NCBI RefSeq assembly: GCF_963678875.2
Contig: NZ_CAXXRR010000002.1
Span: 702,227 to 766,226, forward strand
Length of the DNA: 64,000 nucleotides
Source: an uncultured Hyphomonas sp.
GTDB lineage: Bacteria > Pseudomonadota > Alphaproteobacteria > Caulobacterales > Hyphomonadaceae
Direction: 5' to 3'
Shown piece by piece: positions 1 through 10,102 of the stretch. A model generated the notes under the pieces. The model saw only the letters and a list, made by a program, of their open reading frames with translations, was not told the DNA's origin and ran no database searches. Numbering within the stretch: the first letter of the stretch is position 1; the number at the start of each line of letters is the position of its first letter. A program made the translations under genes and the position numbers.

Positions 1-1
1 G

Positions 2-559
2 GGATATTTCTTCCTCGGACTTGCTGGTGCTTTCCTGTTTTACTCCGGTAACCTGCTCTGGATCGAGTCACGGCGGAAGAAGGCGCGGAAAGCCCAGACG
101 GATCCTGTGCAGCCTCTGAAGACGAAAGTGCTTGGTGCCCTGACGGTCGGGGTATCGTTGGGCTGTATCGCAGGCATATCCGTCACGATCGCCGCTGCAA
201 AAGTGCTTCCCTCTTTCACGAGCGACATCGCGCCTTTGCACAGTTGGATCTACTATCTGACGTTTCTCGGCGCGGTCGGATGGGCCTTCCTTCGCGGTAC
301 TGCCAGGGGCGCTGTAGAGCTTCAGCTGTTTGCTGCGGCCTGCACGCTGGCCATCCCGTGCGTGAGCCTGGCATCCTTTATCATTCCCGGTTTCGGGTGG
401 ACGTCGGAAGGCGGGGGCTTTCTGATCGAGGTGACGGCGCTGGCAGGGGCGATGGGCTTGCTCTACTCCGCTTACAGGACACGCATCCGGACCCGGAAAT
501 CACCCGCCGACAGCATCTGGTACACGGGGAGCATGAAGTCTGAAGAGGTGCTTGCCTGA
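2..559 (+). CDS. PepSY-associated TM-helix (iron-regulated membrane protein-like), 5'-truncated by window edge
   Basis: Frame is open from base 2 (GYFFLGLAGAFLFYSGNLLWIESRRKK...) into the tracked ORF 107..559. Several hydrophobic helices; the YxxLGLxGxxxxxSGxLLW pattern is typical of this family. Confidence 0.65.
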   Translation, partial: GYFFLGLAGAFLFYSGNLLWIESRRKKARKAQTDPVQPLKTKVLGALTVGVSLGCIAGISVTIAAAKVLPSFTSDIAPLHSWIYYLTFLGAVGWAFLRGTARGAVELQLFAAACTLAIPCVSLASFIIPGFGWTSEGGGFLIEVTALAGAMGLLYSAYRTRIRTRKSPADSIWYTGSMKSEEVLA

Positions 560-579
560 GGTGAGCGCCCTGTCCGGCT

Positions 580-1842
580 TTACTGCAGCGCCTTCAGCAT
601 ATGCGGAACGAGCGCTTCGTTGTGGATGCAGATGTTGGCGACGGATTCGTGAGAGAAGGTAGAGCCGGTATACCAGGTCTTCCGTTCGCCCTGCATCTGG
701 CGCATCCGGGCAATCAGTCCCTTGCGGATCGCGTCTGGATCGTATTCGGCGAAATATTCCCAGATCTCCTGCTGGATGACGGCATTGATGTTGCCGCCGC
801 GCTTCATCACTTCTTCGCGCAGGATTTCGATCAATTCAGGTCCGGTATAGTCGCCGGGCAGCTGGTTCGCGATGTATAGGTGGCCGCCGAGGCCCGCATC
901 GTAACCTTCGCGCCGGGCGGACATCAGCAGGCCGGGTTCTACACCCGGCAGACAGGTCTCGCTGTAATACTCGATCTGCTCCTGGAACCAGTCTTTGGAT
1001 GAGATCAGCGTGGTTGCGTAGCCGCCCCAGTGAATGGCATCGCCCACGACGCGTTCCGATTCGGTCGGCTCCAGCAGGGCAGAGAACCGGTCGACGGGCA
1101 TGGCGCAGATCAGGGCGTCGAATGTCTCTTCTGTGCCGTCATCCAGCACCACCATGTGCTGGTCTCCGGAGCGGTCGATGTGGCGGACATGCGTTTCAAG
1201 GCGCACGTCCATGTCTTTTGCCAGGCGCTCCCAGAATTCGCTCCAGCCTTCCACCGGCATGTAGATTTTATTGAGTGTGCCGGACAGGATGAGGTCCATG
1301 TCCACCCAGCGCATGGCATGGATGATCGGCACTGTCTTCAGGTCGCCGTATCCCATGCCGGTGACCGTGCGCATCATCATCTTCTCAATCTTGCCCAGCT
1401 TGCGCGCCCGCAGCCAGTCGACGGCAGGCGTGGCCGCCTCTTCAAGCGTTTTTGGTGATGGCGAATCGGATTCCAGCGCCTTCAGGAGTTTGCGGCGCGC
1501 CATGACATAGGTGATACCCTGCACGGCGAGCGGAGCCCCCGGGCCGGAATTGAAGAAATCCCTGGCCGGGACGCCATCAATCTTGTGGGGAACGATCTGC
1601 TGGATGGTGATGCCCTGTTCACGCATCCAATGCATCACACGCCGGTGGGACATGATCGTGTAGCAGGTGCCGAACTCAATGAGATCTTCGCCCTGGCGCA
1701 CGCTCAGGGACTTGCCCCCAACGCGGTGGGTTTTCTCAAATAAGGTGACGGAATGCCCGCTCTGCTCCATCAGGAGTCGAGCGATCGTCAGGCCAGCTGG
1801 ACCTGCGCCGAGAATGGCGATCCGCTTTCCGCCCGGCTTCAT
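580..1842 (-). CDS. FAD-dependent oxidoreductase, amine-oxidase fold, resembling polyunsaturated fatty acid isomerase (PAI)
   Basis: RIAILGAGPAG Rossmann motif, FEKTHRVGGK GG motif, TGMGYG segment and C-terminal WEYF...MQGERKTWYTGS. 420 aa. Confidence 0.75.
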   Translation of the reverse strand: MKPGGKRIAILGAGPAGLTIARLLMEQSGHSVTLFEKTHRVGGKSLSVRQGEDLIEFGTCYTIMSHRRVMHWMREQGITIQQIVPHKIDGVPARDFFNSGPGAPLAVQGITYVMARRKLLKALESDSPSPKTLEEAATPAVDWLRARKLGKIEKMMMRTVTGMGYGDLKTVPIIHAMRWVDMDLILSGTLNKIYMPVEGWSEFWERLAKDMDVRLETHVRHIDRSGDQHMVVLDDGTEETFDALICAMPVDRFSALLEPTESERVVGDAIHWGGYATTLISSKDWFQEQIEYYSETCLPGVEPGLLMSARREGYDAGLGGHLYIANQLPGDYTGPELIEILREEVMKRGGNINAVIQQEIWEYFAEYDPDAIRKGLIARMRQMQGERKTWYTGSTFSHESVANICIHNEALVPHMLKALQ

Positions 1843-1958
1843 CTGAACTACTCACAACAGCATGAGCCAACAGGACTAGCCCATTGCGCCGCCGATGCAA
1901 GGTGAATGCTGCCACCGGGCCGGTCTGACAGGGAAATCGCTTCAGCGGAGTGGAAAAA

Positions 1959-3686
1959 TCAGCCGTTTACCGTCCGGCGGAAGGGGGCTGATTCGGTTTT
2001 TGTGCCTGTTCCGGTGCGGCGGCCGGAGGCATTTCCCACGATGGCCGAGGTGGGCAGTGTGATCGTGATGGCATTACCGATCTTGTTCAGCGGCCTCACA
2101 TTGATTTCCGCGCCCTGGCTGTTCAGGTACTTCTTGATCAGCGCGAGCTCGAGACCGCGCGTCACATACTGGTCCGCACCTGGGCGGGTCTCGTCACCAT
2201 AAGGCTCGAAGAAGTCGGCCACTTCGCCCGGGCTCAGCGGGCGGCCACGGTCGACGATGGTCACGTGAATGCGGCCTTCCTCGTCCGGCGTGCAGGTCAG
2301 CACAATCGGATCGACCGACACCATGGAAGCGCGTTTCAGCAGTTTCACAACGGTGGAGGTGAAGCGGGGGCCGTCGATCATAACGACGTCGAGGTCTTGC
2401 GGAATCGACACCTTGATCCGATCGAAGGTCGATTTCTCCCAGGTCGCGGCGGACCAGAGCTGTTCCGGGGAAAGAAGCTCACGCAGGTCTTCCGGGGCTT
2501 CGTTCGAGAACGTGCCGCCAGCTTCGCCTTCAGCGTATTCCTCAATGTCGCGCACCAGGTCGAGCAGGTCGCGGGCAACCTTGTCGATACTGTCGCAGTG
2601 GCCGCGGATTTCCTCAGGCGAAAATTCGATACGCGACCCGGACGACATCGCAGAAGCGAGTGTCATGATGTATTTCAGCGGGCCTGCAAGGTCGGTCGAA
2701 GCGCGCGAGATGAAGCGCGACCGGGCAGCCAGGGCATCGTTGATCGTTTCCTGCGCGGCCAGCAGCGAGCGCTGGGTTTCTTTCTGCAGGTTGATGTTCG
2801 TGTGCGTGACAATGAAATTCCGGTTTGCGGACTGCGTGACGGACCGGATGAACCAGTCGCTGCCCTTGACCGAAATTTCCTTCATGCCGAGATCGGCCGC
2901 CGTCGGGACGAAATCAGGGAAATAGTTCTGGTGGTAGGTGTTCGCGACCAATCGCTCACCTGTCTCGGTGAAAATCGCAAACCCGTGGCGCGACGTTTCC
3001 AGCGACTGTTTCAGCAGGTCGTGCGCACGTTCCGTCTCGGTGCGGGATTCAACCAGCTCCAGGGTCGACTGGAAGAAGTTCCGTGAACTGACGAGCAGCG
3101 CGATCGACAGGGCGAGGCCGAACAGGGTTGCCGTCATTGCCGTTGCCGTATGGTGCTGGAGCAGCGCCAGCAGCTGCACAACCGTCGCCGCGGTCATGTA
3201 ACGCGCAGCGACACCAACCATCGGGGCGGTGAAGCCGACGACACCGCAGCACATGCCCATGGCAACGCCAATCATGGTCAGCTGCTGCGCTTCGGTTTGT
3301 GCGACTGGTGTCAGCATCAGGCCGGTCCACCACAGACCGAGCACAAATGAGCCAATTTCAGCTCGCTTCACGAACCGGCCGGATGGCATGCGCCCAGTAC
3401 TGAGGTCCAACGGACGCAGACCGCTCCAGAACATGAAACCGGAATAGAACGCGACGGGAAGCCACCAGACAAAGGCGATCAGGCAGAAGCCGGACGGGGA
3501 GTCTGCCGAGAACATTGCCAGCAGGATCGTCGCATTGATCAGCGTCACGACACTGATCGGGATCTTGTATTTCTGGAACCGGCTCAGCATGTGCAGGTTC
3601 ATCGGCCCGCGCACGCTCTCGTCGATCTTCGGTGAGCCGAAGAGGATCAGGTCAAGAAACGTAAAACGGGTCGCCGCACTGGTCAT
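1959..3686 (-). CDS. Membrane-bound histidine-kinase-like protein with degenerate H, N and G boxes (pseudokinase)
   Basis: About 5-6 N-terminal TM helices, a PAS_7-like segment (SLETSRHGFAIFTETGERLVAN), H-box-like RSRFISRASTDLAGPL without His, and HATPase-like DRGRPL...FFEPY...RGLELALIK. Confidence 0.75.
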   Translation of the reverse strand: MTSAATRFTFLDLILFGSPKIDESVRGPMNLHMLSRFQKYKIPISVVTLINATILLAMFSADSPSGFCLIAFVWWLPVAFYSGFMFWSGLRPLDLSTGRMPSGRFVKRAEIGSFVLGLWWTGLMLTPVAQTEAQQLTMIGVAMGMCCGVVGFTAPMVGVAARYMTAATVVQLLALLQHHTATAMTATLFGLALSIALLVSSRNFFQSTLELVESRTETERAHDLLKQSLETSRHGFAIFTETGERLVANTYHQNYFPDFVPTAADLGMKEISVKGSDWFIRSVTQSANRNFIVTHTNINLQKETQRSLLAAQETINDALAARSRFISRASTDLAGPLKYIMTLASAMSSGSRIEFSPEEIRGHCDSIDKVARDLLDLVRDIEEYAEGEAGGTFSNEAPEDLRELLSPEQLWSAATWEKSTFDRIKVSIPQDLDVVMIDGPRFTSTVVKLLKRASMVSVDPIVLTCTPDEEGRIHVTIVDRGRPLSPGEVADFFEPYGDETRPGADQYVTRGLELALIKKYLNSQGAEINVRPLNKIGNAITITLPTSAIVGNASGRRTGTGTKTESAPFRRTVNG

Positions 3687-3750
3687 GCGGCCACATAATC
3701 ACAACTCAAATAAGTTATAGTTCACACCGTAGGGAGAATTGCAGTTTCCG

Positions 3751-3766
3751 GTTAACCACTTGTTCA
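3751..3766 (-). promoter_or_regulatory. Near-consensus CtrA box upstream of the pseudokinase
   Basis: Minus strand reads TGAA-caagtgg-TTAAC, 8/9 match to TTAA-N7-TTAAC, about 65 bp upstream of the 3686 start. Confidence 0.5.
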
Positions 3767-3991
3767 TTCGCAGATCTGGCGTAGTTGCAGCGGTTTGTGG
3801 AATTAGTGGCCGTCATGGCCATTAAGGGTAACCGGCGGCCTTTGCTGCTTCGTTCTTAACGGCCTGTCCGCGTATTCCACAGGACAAGGCCCGGAAAAGT
3901 CTCGTTCTGCCACCAGATCCGGGGCTTTAGGCATTCCTATACCCGCGCCGCCTATGGTTACCGCTGAGATCAGAGGCGGGGCAGGACGGGA

Positions 3992-5764
3992 ATGGCATCA
4001 GCAAACTCCAATTTCGGAACTGCGCGGCTCTGGGCGTGGGGGCTCGCCGGAGTGATCTTCCTCAGTGTGATCGCGATGAGCCTGTTTCGCGGGCAGTTGG
4101 GTCAGCCAGGACCGGACGGGGATGATGCTGTGCGTCTGGTACAGATCCGCGACCTCCTGGCAGGGCAGGGCTGGTTCGACCTGCAGCAATACAGGCTCGG
4201 GCCACACGGCGGGACCCTTATGCATTGGTCACGCCTGCCTGATGTCCCGATCATCGCGCTGACAGGTGTGTTCGATGTGTTCCTGCCGCAGGACGCTGCG
4301 CTTGCCTGGGCGATCACCGTCTGGCCTCCACTCAGCATACTGATTGTTCTGGTGGGCCTGGCGCTGGCGGTCCGAAATATCGGCAATGACAAGCTGCTGA
4401 TCTTTACCTTCATTGTTGCCCTTTTTATCCTGTTTGGACATTTCCGCTTCCAGGCGGGTGCCATCGATCACCACAATCTGCAGCTGGGGTTTCTCGCCGT
4501 TGCGGTTGGCGCATCGCTCGACCGGCTGGCAGGCCATAGGAACATGGCGCTCAGCGGTATCATGCTGGCGCTGTCTGTCGCAGTGGGCGCTGAGCTCTAC
4601 CCTTTCGTTGGCGTGCTTTGTGCCTTCCATGCGGTTGACTGGGCCTGGCGCGGGACGGAGATCCGCGCCGGTACGATTGCCTTCGGGGCCGCGCTTGCTG
4701 TTTCCATCGCAGTCTGTTTCGTCGGGATGGTGCCGCCGGCTGCCTGGGGGCGGGTCTATTGTGATACCTTGTCCCTCATTTCCTTGCTCGCCCTCACAAT
4801 CGGCGGGACGGGGCTGGCCCTCTGCGCGGTGTTCCTGTCGGGATATGGAAGGGTCATTCGTTTTGCGGGCCTTGCCGCGGTCGGAATTGCCTGTGGTCTG
4901 GCTTTCCTGATCCAGGGGCCGCAATGTCTCGGAAATCCGCTCGATGTCCTGACTGTGGACATGCGCGAGCTCTGGCTCGGCAGCATCACAGAGGCCCGTC
5001 CGATGTTTTCGCAGCGGGGCGGGCGCTGGCCGTTTGTCGCCTATGCGATGGGGCCAAGCCTGGCCGCTCTCGGCGTCTCTGTGTTTGGACTGTTCCGCCG
5101 GCGAGATGTCCGCACGGACCTGATGTTCGTCCTGCTACTGTCGCTGGGCCTCGTCCTCATGCTGTACCAGGTCCGGTTCTATGTGTTCGGCAGCCTGCTG
5201 GCCATCATTCCCTGTGCGACCTGGGCGCGGGACGCCTACGATGCCGGTCGCAAAGAAGGGGGGCAGCGTGCGGCCTATCTCCTGCCGCTCGCGCTTTCCA
5301 GTCCGACCCTTTGGGCATTGCCGGTCATGCTCATCCTGCCGTCGCCCGCACTGAATATCGGCGGAGAGCGGTCCTGCCTGTCGGACACAACACGTGCCGC
5401 GCTCGACGCTGTTCCGCCGGGCATGATCCTGTCGGACTCGAATGTCGGCTCGGTACTCTTGGAGACGACGCCGCATTCCGTGATGTATGCGAACTATCAC
5501 CGCAACATTGCAGGTATTGCGGCCAGCCTCGAAGCTTTCGGCCTGCCGTCAGACCAGGTGCCGGCGCTGCTGGCGGAGAACCAGGTGGATTATGTCCTGT
5601 TCTGTCCGAATGCCGGAGAGAATGAAACGTTCCAGCAGATCCGGCCCGATGGCTTCCTCGCCCGGCTGGCGGCCGGCGAAGTTCCGGATTGGCTGCAGCC
5701 TGTCGAGCCACTGCCTGAGGATGGATCTTCCGGCCGGTTCTACCGCGTCATTCCCCAGAACTGA
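3992..5764 (+). CDS. Polytopic membrane protein, putative GT-C fold glycosyltransferase (STT3/AglB-like architecture)
   Basis: Acidic DGDDAVRLVQIRDLL motif after TM1, a dozen or so TM helices, DHH motif in a loop, and a soluble C-terminal domain (DSNVG...ANYHRN...DYVLFC). Confidence 0.55.
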   Translation: MASANSNFGTARLWAWGLAGVIFLSVIAMSLFRGQLGQPGPDGDDAVRLVQIRDLLAGQGWFDLQQYRLGPHGGTLMHWSRLPDVPIIALTGVFDVFLPQDAALAWAITVWPPLSILIVLVGLALAVRNIGNDKLLIFTFIVALFILFGHFRFQAGAIDHHNLQLGFLAVAVGASLDRLAGHRNMALSGIMLALSVAVGAELYPFVGVLCAFHAVDWAWRGTEIRAGTIAFGAALAVSIAVCFVGMVPPAAWGRVYCDTLSLISLLALTIGGTGLALCAVFLSGYGRVIRFAGLAAVGIACGLAFLIQGPQCLGNPLDVLTVDMRELWLGSITEARPMFSQRGGRWPFVAYAMGPSLAALGVSVFGLFRRRDVRTDLMFVLLLSLGLVLMLYQVRFYVFGSLLAIIPCATWARDAYDAGRKEGGQRAAYLLPLALSSPTLWALPVMLILPSPALNIGGERSCLSDTTRAALDAVPPGMILSDSNVGSVLLETTPHSVMYANYHRNIAGIAASLEAFGLPSDQVPALLAENQVDYVLFCPNAGENETFQQIRPDGFLARLAAGEVPDWLQPVEPLPEDGSSGRFYRVIPQN

Positions 5765-5850
5765 TGGGCTCTTCCCCTTGCGAGACGTGTTGACGGTCAA
5801 CCGCCTCGTGCCACTATCGATGAAAAGTCGATCAAGTGGAGGAAAAGGGA

Positions 5851-7332
5851 ATGCAATCGGGAAAGGATGGAACGTCTCTGAGCGTCGCTGTACTCGGCGC
5901 TGGCATGAGCGGGCTGGCTGCCGTCGCCAAGCTGAAAGAGGCCGGATATTCAAAGATCGACCTTTTCGAAAAGTCTAACGGCGTGGGCGGCACCTGGCGC
6001 GACAATACCTATCCGGGCTGCGGGTGCGATGTGCCCAGTCATCTTTACTCCTATTCCTTCGATCTCAATCCGGACTGGAATTACAAATGGTCGCTGCAGC
6101 CGCAGATCCTTCAGTATTTCGAGGACTTTGCAGACAAGTTCGGCGTGCGCCCCCACTGCCATTTCAATTCAGAGATCACCGATTGCAGCTATGACGAATC
6201 CAGCCGGACCTGGACGCTGACGAAGGCGGACGGCACGACCCATACGGCCGATGTGCTCATCTCGGGGCTTGGCCAGCTGAACATTCCCTCGATCCCGAAT
6301 TTCAAGGGCAAGGACAGTTTCGAAGGCCCGTCCTTCCATTCCGCACGATGGGACCATTCGGTTGACCTGACCGGAAAGACTGTCTGCGTGATCGGGAACG
6401 GGCCGAGCGCGGTCCAGTTCGTGCCGGAGATTCAGAAGCAGGCCGGCAAACTGCTCAGCTTCCAGCGATCGCCGGCCTGGTGCCGTCCGCGCGGCCAGCG
6501 CAAATACACGGAGGCCGACAAGCGGGCCTTCGACCGGCAGCGCTGGCGGATCAACTGGTATCGCTGGCGCATCCGCGCATTTGCCGATTTCGGCTTCACC
6601 GCCTTTCACCAGGGTGAGAACAGCCTGGCGAAGTCGATGAAGAAAATGTGCCTGAAGCATCTGGAAGACCAGGTGAAGGATCCGGAGATGCGCGCCCTGC
6701 TGACGCCGGACTTTGAACCGGGGTGCAAGCGCATCCTCATCTCCGATGATTATTACCCGGCACTGATCCAGCCAAATGTCGAAGTGATCCGCCAGGGTGT
6801 GAAGGAAATCACGCCGCGGGGTGTTGTTGGCGACGATGGTGTTGAGCACGCCTGCGATGTCATCATCTATGCAACCGGCTTCCAGTCGACCGAATTCCTG
6901 ACCCCGATGCAGGTGCATGGCCGGGCAGGGGTGTCCCTGAACGAGGTCTGGAAAGACGGGGCGGAAGCCTACAAGGGGGTCGCCGTGCCCGGCTTCCCAA
7001 ACTTCTTCCTGCTCTATGGCCCGAACACCAATCTCGGGCACAATTCCATCATCCTGATGGTGGAGCGTCAGCTGGAATATGTGCTCCAGGCCATCGACCG
7101 GATCGCCGCTGAGAATGTGGCGGCGCTGGACGTGAAGCCGGAAGCCATGAAGGCCTATAACGAGAAGCTGCAGGCGGACCTCGGCAAGACAGTCTGGGCG
7201 GGTGACTGCGCCAGCTGGTACAAGACCGAAGGCGGGAAAGTGACCAACAACTGGTCCGGCAAGACGACCGAATATGCGGCGATCATGCGCGAATTCGATC
7301 CCGATAGCTGGCAAGTCATCCCGGCCCAGTGA
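5851..7332 (+). CDS. Baeyer-Villiger-type flavin monooxygenase
   Basis: GAGMSG, GGTWRDNTYPGCGCDVPS, BVMO fingerprint FEGPSFHSARWD, second Rossmann IGNGPSA, and ATG motif YATGF. Confidence 0.9.
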   Translation: MQSGKDGTSLSVAVLGAGMSGLAAVAKLKEAGYSKIDLFEKSNGVGGTWRDNTYPGCGCDVPSHLYSYSFDLNPDWNYKWSLQPQILQYFEDFADKFGVRPHCHFNSEITDCSYDESSRTWTLTKADGTTHTADVLISGLGQLNIPSIPNFKGKDSFEGPSFHSARWDHSVDLTGKTVCVIGNGPSAVQFVPEIQKQAGKLLSFQRSPAWCRPRGQRKYTEADKRAFDRQRWRINWYRWRIRAFADFGFTAFHQGENSLAKSMKKMCLKHLEDQVKDPEMRALLTPDFEPGCKRILISDDYYPALIQPNVEVIRQGVKEITPRGVVGDDGVEHACDVIIYATGFQSTEFLTPMQVHGRAGVSLNEVWKDGAEAYKGVAVPGFPNFFLLYGPNTNLGHNSIILMVERQLEYVLQAIDRIAAENVAALDVKPEAMKAYNEKLQADLGKTVWAGDCASWYKTEGGKVTNNWSGKTTEYAAIMREFDPDSWQVIPAQ

Positions 7333-7495
7333 GCCGGGAGATTAAGGCCCGCTAACGTCCTGTTTACCATTGGTGTACGCACCGTTTGATTTCGTTCCGG
7401 CGCGATCTGGAGGCGCGTCGCGAATCTTCAATAAAAGCAACGGGAATCACATACCGGAACGGAGCGTTCCATTTATCTGCGCGCCGTCCCTTGCA

Positions 7496-7511
7496 TTAAA
7501 GCGGTGTTAAC
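7496..7511 (+). promoter_or_regulatory. Perfect CtrA box upstream of mreB
   Basis: TTAA-agcggtg-TTAAC, an exact TTAA-N7-TTAAC match. GANTC sites at 7422 and 7444 lie nearby. Confidence 0.7.
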
Positions 7512-7596
7512 GGCAATGGGGGTATGGGGCTGTGTATAGAATTGCACACGCGCGCCGGGATTTGTCGCCTGGCCGCTCAGGAAAAGAGCGCGGTAA

Positions 7597-8640
<1,044 letters not shown>

Positions 8641-8678
8641 GGACGGTATAATCAAGGAAACACCAGAGGACCCGCCAT

Positions 8679-9551
8679 ATGGCACGTTCGGGCCGGTCAG
8701 CTCAGAAAGGCGTCCGGCGCTCTCCCAAGCGCCTCGTCCTTGGTGTGCTCATTTTTGGGTTCGCAGCGCTCATCATCGCGCAGTCGGCCCCGCAAATCAG
8801 CCATTTTTTCAACCCGGTCCGCGCGTCTGTCGGTGACCGACTCGGCGGCGGCGAGCAGATTGGTCTCTGGGCCCGGCTGACGGGCCGTGCGGCGCAGGAG
8901 CAGCGTATCCGCGAACTCGAAGCCGAAGTGCGGGACCTTTCCCGCTACAAGGCAGCCGCTATCTCCATGGCAGACCGCCTGGAAGCCTATGAGGAAATCC
9001 TGAACCTGATGGGCGAGCCGCCAGCGCGCGGTGTCACGGCGCGGGTCACGTCTGAAAGCGAGGGCCCGTTTGCGCAGACGCTGCTGGCCAATGCAGGCCG
9101 GTCGCAGGGCGTGGAGCCGGGCTCGGTCGCCATGAATGAAGGCGGCCTCGTCGGCCGGGTCATCCAGCTGGGGGAGCGGTCGTCCCGGATCCTGCTGGTG
9201 ACGGATTTCAACAGCCGCGTGCCGGTGATCGGAGAAGTTTCCGGCGTACACGCGATCATGCAGGGCGGTTCCACCAGTTCTGGCACGCTGACGGACCTGC
9301 CGGAACGTAGCGACTTCATCGAAGGCGAACGCATCCTAACCTCTTCGGAAGGCGGGGCGTATCCTCGCGGTCTGGTCGTCGGCGAGGTCAATAAATCCGG
9401 CAATGACTGGCGCGTGAAATATGCGATGAGCAAAGGCTCATCAGGCTATGTCCAGCTGATCCCGCCGCCGACCGTGGAGCGGCCGATTTCGGCCGGAGAC
9501 CTTGTGGTGCCTGATAATTCCGCCAGCCCGACACAGGGGGCGCGCCGCTGA
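8679..9551 (+). CDS. mreC: Rod shape-determining protein MreC
   Basis: N-terminal TM, coiled coil, GLVGRV...SRILLVTD beta domain, and position after mreB. Confidence 0.93.
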   Translation: MARSGRSAQKGVRRSPKRLVLGVLIFGFAALIIAQSAPQISHFFNPVRASVGDRLGGGEQIGLWARLTGRAAQEQRIRELEAEVRDLSRYKAAAISMADRLEAYEEILNLMGEPPARGVTARVTSESEGPFAQTLLANAGRSQGVEPGSVAMNEGGLVGRVIQLGERSSRILLVTDFNSRVPVIGEVSGVHAIMQGGSTSSGTLTDLPERSDFIEGERILTSSEGGAYPRGLVVGEVNKSGNDWRVKYAMSKGSSGYVQLIPPPTVERPISAGDLVVPDNSASPTQGARR

Positions 9552-10102
9552 TGCCAGGCTCTTTCCTGAACCGGAGACGGCAGAGCCTCTGGGCCAAATC
9601 CGGCCCCACGCCGCGGCTGATATTCGGAGCCTTCCTGATCGCCACCGTCGGCCTGTTCGGCCTGACCCGGAACGACATTTTCGGATTGTCCTTCGCCTGG
9701 CCGCATGCCGCGCTCTGGGGTGCTGTCGGCTGGGGCAGGGTTGGGCTTTCGATCCGTCCCATGATCATCCTGATTGTCTTCGGCGGCATTCAGGACGTGA
9801 TCTTCCACGCACCGATGGGCAGTTTCGAGGTGGTCAACCTGCTGACCTATGCGGCCAGCACCGCCATCTCCGCGCAGTTCGATGTCACGAATGAGCCGTT
9901 GATCGCGATTGTAGCGACTGTTCTCCTGTTTGCCGGGGCGTTCCTTTTGCTGTGGGCCATGGCGTCAACACTGGAAGACCATCCGGTGCGGATCGTGCCC
10001 TTGTTCGCCGCGATGCTGACCACCGGGCTGCTCTATGCGCTGATCCACAAAGTGTTCGACCTTGGCCGCAGGCCGGGAGAAGTTGCGGGGCAGGCAGGAT
10101 GA
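9551..10102 (+). CDS. mreD: Rod shape-determining protein MreD (membrane)
   Basis: Hydrophobic 183-aa protein between mreC and PBP2, with overlapping stop/start on both sides. Confidence 0.8.
   Translation: MPGSFLNRRRQSLWAKSGPTPRLIFGAFLIATVGLFGLTRNDIFGLSFAWPHAALWGAVGWGRVGLSIRPMIILIVFGGIQDVIFHAPMGSFEVVNLLTYAASTAISAQFDVTNEPLIAIVATVLLFAGAFLLLWAMASTLEDHPVRIVPLFAAMLTTGLLYALIHKVFDLGRRPGEVAGQAG

Noticed and set aside
1959-3686. Identification of the pseudokinase as DivL
   Set aside because: DivL has Tyr at the phospho-site, several PAS domains and one N-terminal anchor. This protein has Thr/Asp there, one PAS-like segment and a multi-TM N-terminus.
7342-7356. Second CtrA box (TTAA...CTAAC) after the BVMO
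   Set aside because: The spacing is 6 rather than 7 and the second half-site is mismatched.
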